Shown: piece after piece, positions 61,281 to 64,000 of the stretch | Layout of the letters: every line of letters begins with the position of its first letter | Numbering within the stretch: the stretch's first letter is position 1 | Origin: Heteronotia binoei | Taxonomy: Eukaryota | Direction: 5' to 3' | NCBI RefSeq assembly: GCF_032191835.1 | Contig: NC_083241.1 | Coordinates: forward strand, 45,632,001 to 45,696,000 | Length of the DNA: 64,000 nt | Translations under genes and position numbers: made by a program | Notes under the pieces: generated by a model | The model's database searches: none | Seen by the model: only the letters and a program-made list of their open reading frames with translations | Told to the model about the DNA's origin: nothing

Positions 61281-63051
61281 ATCAACAGGGGTCTCTTCTG
61301 TGCTTGAAGGAGAATCTGTTCCGTGGCTGTCACCATCACCAAAGAGCTCCAAGAGCTCTGCTGATGGCCATGCTAGATGCTACCTTAGCCAAGGCTCGTC
61401 TCAGGTGCAAATCTGGGCCATGTTGGCCACTGCCTGACTGCCCCTCCCAAAGCAGGCCAGATTGCTCCAGGGGCACAACTGCTTTCCCCAAAGGACAGAT
61501 GAAATGCCCTCCACCGCATCTGCTTCTCCGCAGGCAGCTTCCCTTTGCTAAGTTATATATAGCTATGTTATATATCCCACATTTTTGGACTCCACCATCA
61601 GCAGTGGAATATTGAGCTGCCAAGAGGCTTCAGAGGGGAGCAACAAAATTATCAAGAATATTGAGCAGCCAGAAGGCTTCAGAGGGGAGCAATGAAATTA
61701 CCAAGAACAGAGAAAAAGTGAACAAGAGTGCGGGGAATTTCGGGGAGGGGGGAGCAGTAGATGAGAAAACAGGAGCAAGATGTTCTAGACGTCTGAAATC
61801 TGTGACATTGATTGAGCACTGCATAGCTGGCCAAGAGTGAAAATCAAATAACTGAAATTTGGACACCCTTAATGTGGTTGAGGAATTGCTTGGCCAGACC
61901 CAATTAAAGTGCGGAGAGCACCTCTGCCCTGGAAGAAAAGTCAGATCAGCTACGAGGGAATATCAGGACTAGGCTGCCCAGACACATTTCTGGCACGTGA
62001 GTTGATGCCCTGCACCCAATTCCATCAGGAGAAGCAACACAAGAGCTGTTTATGCCCTTGCCACAATTGTTTTGCAGAGAATAATTTTTAAGCTTCTCGA
62101 TATTTTTGGGAACTGACTATTTTAGCACACATTTGTTTCCTTAACACAGAAGCAGAACAGCATATCACAAACTCAGGATCTGTTGTTACACTTCTTGGCG
62201 CCAAATGGATGACGCTCTGGGCATTTTTTCTGCCTCCGTACAAGTTTCAGTTCAAGCACTGGAAAGGGGGTGTTGTTGGGATATGTGAAGGGGAAGCTCC
62301 CAACATTCTCACAAAACAGGGAATTAGAGATGATCCTTGTTGCTTAGGGGTTGTCTCTTTTGTCCTACTATACTATGGCCAAGAATGTGACACCCCTCCC
62401 CCCCCCCCCCGCAGAAGGACATGCAAATCAGGAAATGGGGCTATCCTATGTGGATAAAGCAGGCTGAGTATTCTGCGACTCCTCATTTTGTTTGGGGGGG
62501 GGGGTGTACTGCCCAAGACATTGGAGGGGGGGGGCTATCCATGTCACACCACTGCTGAGGTCCATTTTCTCCCCCACCCCAATGGTACTCTTGACTATGG
62601 CCCTGCTTTCCCCACCTCCCCCACCTTTAGAAATGGCTGCCATTCACTTAATATACTCTGCCATGGTAGGGACTTGATGGCAGAGACCCTTTGGGGGGGA
62701 GCAGGGCATTCACCCCATTTCCTGGGGGGGCAGCAACCTCTTTGAAGATCCTAGGAAGGAGGGTTTTGCTTGCATCTCTCAGATAACCCTTTACAAGACG
62801 GAGGCAGCTCCCAGCCAAGCTGGGTGCCCCAAAAGATCCTGCAGAGGATACGGCTGCAGGGAGGCTCCCCAGAGAAAAGCCACAGCTTCACACACTAACA
62901 CAGCCAAAAAGAACTTCACTGTGGAAAACATCCTTGGCTGCTGCTCTCCTTGCTAATCCTTCCCGTCCTGCCTGGTCTATCTTTCTTCCTTTTTCTCCAC
63001 CCCAGCCCTTTGTGCTCCTGCCTGGAACTTCCTCCCAGGGCTCTTAAAAAA

Positions 63052-63315
63052 AATTAGTCCCCTGTGCAAGCACCAGTCGTCTCCAACTCTGGGGTGACGT
63101 CGTATCACTATGTTTTCATGGCAGATTTTTTGTTACGGGGTGGTTTGCCATTGCCTTCCCCAGTCATCTACACTCCCCCCAGCAAGCTGGATACTCATTT
63201 TACCCACCTCGGAAGGATGGAAGGCTGAGTCAACCTTGAGCTGGCTACCTGAACCCAGCATCTGCCAGGATCGAACTCAGGTCATGAGCAGCTGACCACT
63301 CTGTGCCACAAGGCT
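63052..63315 (-). mobile_element. Sauria-type SINE
   Basis: tagtcccctgtgcaagcaccagtc...ggaaggatggaaggctgagtcaacc...ggatcgaactcagg. Confidence 0.88.
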
Positions 63316-64000
63316 CTTCCTCCTGGCCAAAGACATTCCTCCCATCTGTCAGTACCACCGACCCAAACCTGCACCACAGCCACTCGGTGCCGGAGTGAAA
63401 GGAGGCTGCCAGTTTTTCACTGCTAAGAGGTATATAAAGTTATGGGAAACTAGCCAGAGACACAGCAGCAGTCTCCTCCACAGTCTCCAGACCCTTCTGG
63501 TAGTTTAAGGCAGGGCTCCCCACTTTCTGCAGTAACATCTCTGCCTGCAGCACCTCTGAAAGATACACTCCCTTCTTGGCCTTACACGTATCTTTCTGAA
63601 ATCCCCACAGTGCCCAAGCAGCTGCAGCTGCTTTCAGGCAGGCAGATCACAGGACAGAACAGAGCGAAGGAAAGAGGGGCTCTTGGCTGTGACACTGGAG
63701 CAACTGAGAGGGTGGGAGGAGGTATGAGCACAATCACATACGCATAAGAAGAAGGCACACACATCCACACACAGATACAAACAACAGACCAATACGCTGG
63801 TTCCCCCCGCCGCCCCCGATGCAGCCAGAGTGCTAATGCAAAAGACAAAGAGACAAAATCATCAGTACATCAGTGCCAGGTGCCAAACGCGTACCTACAC
63901 TGCCCTTTTCCCTGGAATCAGGTCCAACTGTATCAATATCATTTGGGCCCTGAAATGATCCAGATGCAAAAGAGCCAAAGGCAAAAATGGACATGTGTGT

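Overview
Vertebrate genomic DNA, most likely from a squamate and probably a gecko, judged from Sauria-type SINEs, CR1/L2 LINEs and a DIRS element. The window lies inside one minus-strand Munc13 gene of the UNC13C (Munc13-3) type. I could thread 18 coding exons (2,224 nt, 741 full codons, all phases compatible) from 49589 down to 579. They encode the pre-C1 linker, C1, C2B and the N-terminal half of the MUN domain. The model includes a 6-nt Ala-Met microexon (47846-47851) and one GC-AG intron (donor at 14909). The 5' part of the gene (large N-terminal exon) and its 3' end are not recognisable in the window. Introns are rich in transposable elements, several of them nested: a solo LTR inside a CR1, a 265-bp palindromic MITE inside another CR1, and a SINE inside an internally deleted DIRS. 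A 19 x 36-bp minisatellite is built from the tRNA-derived head of a SINE. There are two assembly gaps. No prokaryotic-type systems are present. Family names for repeats and comparisons with human Munc13 proteins come from recall, not from database searches, and most repeat boundaries are approximate.
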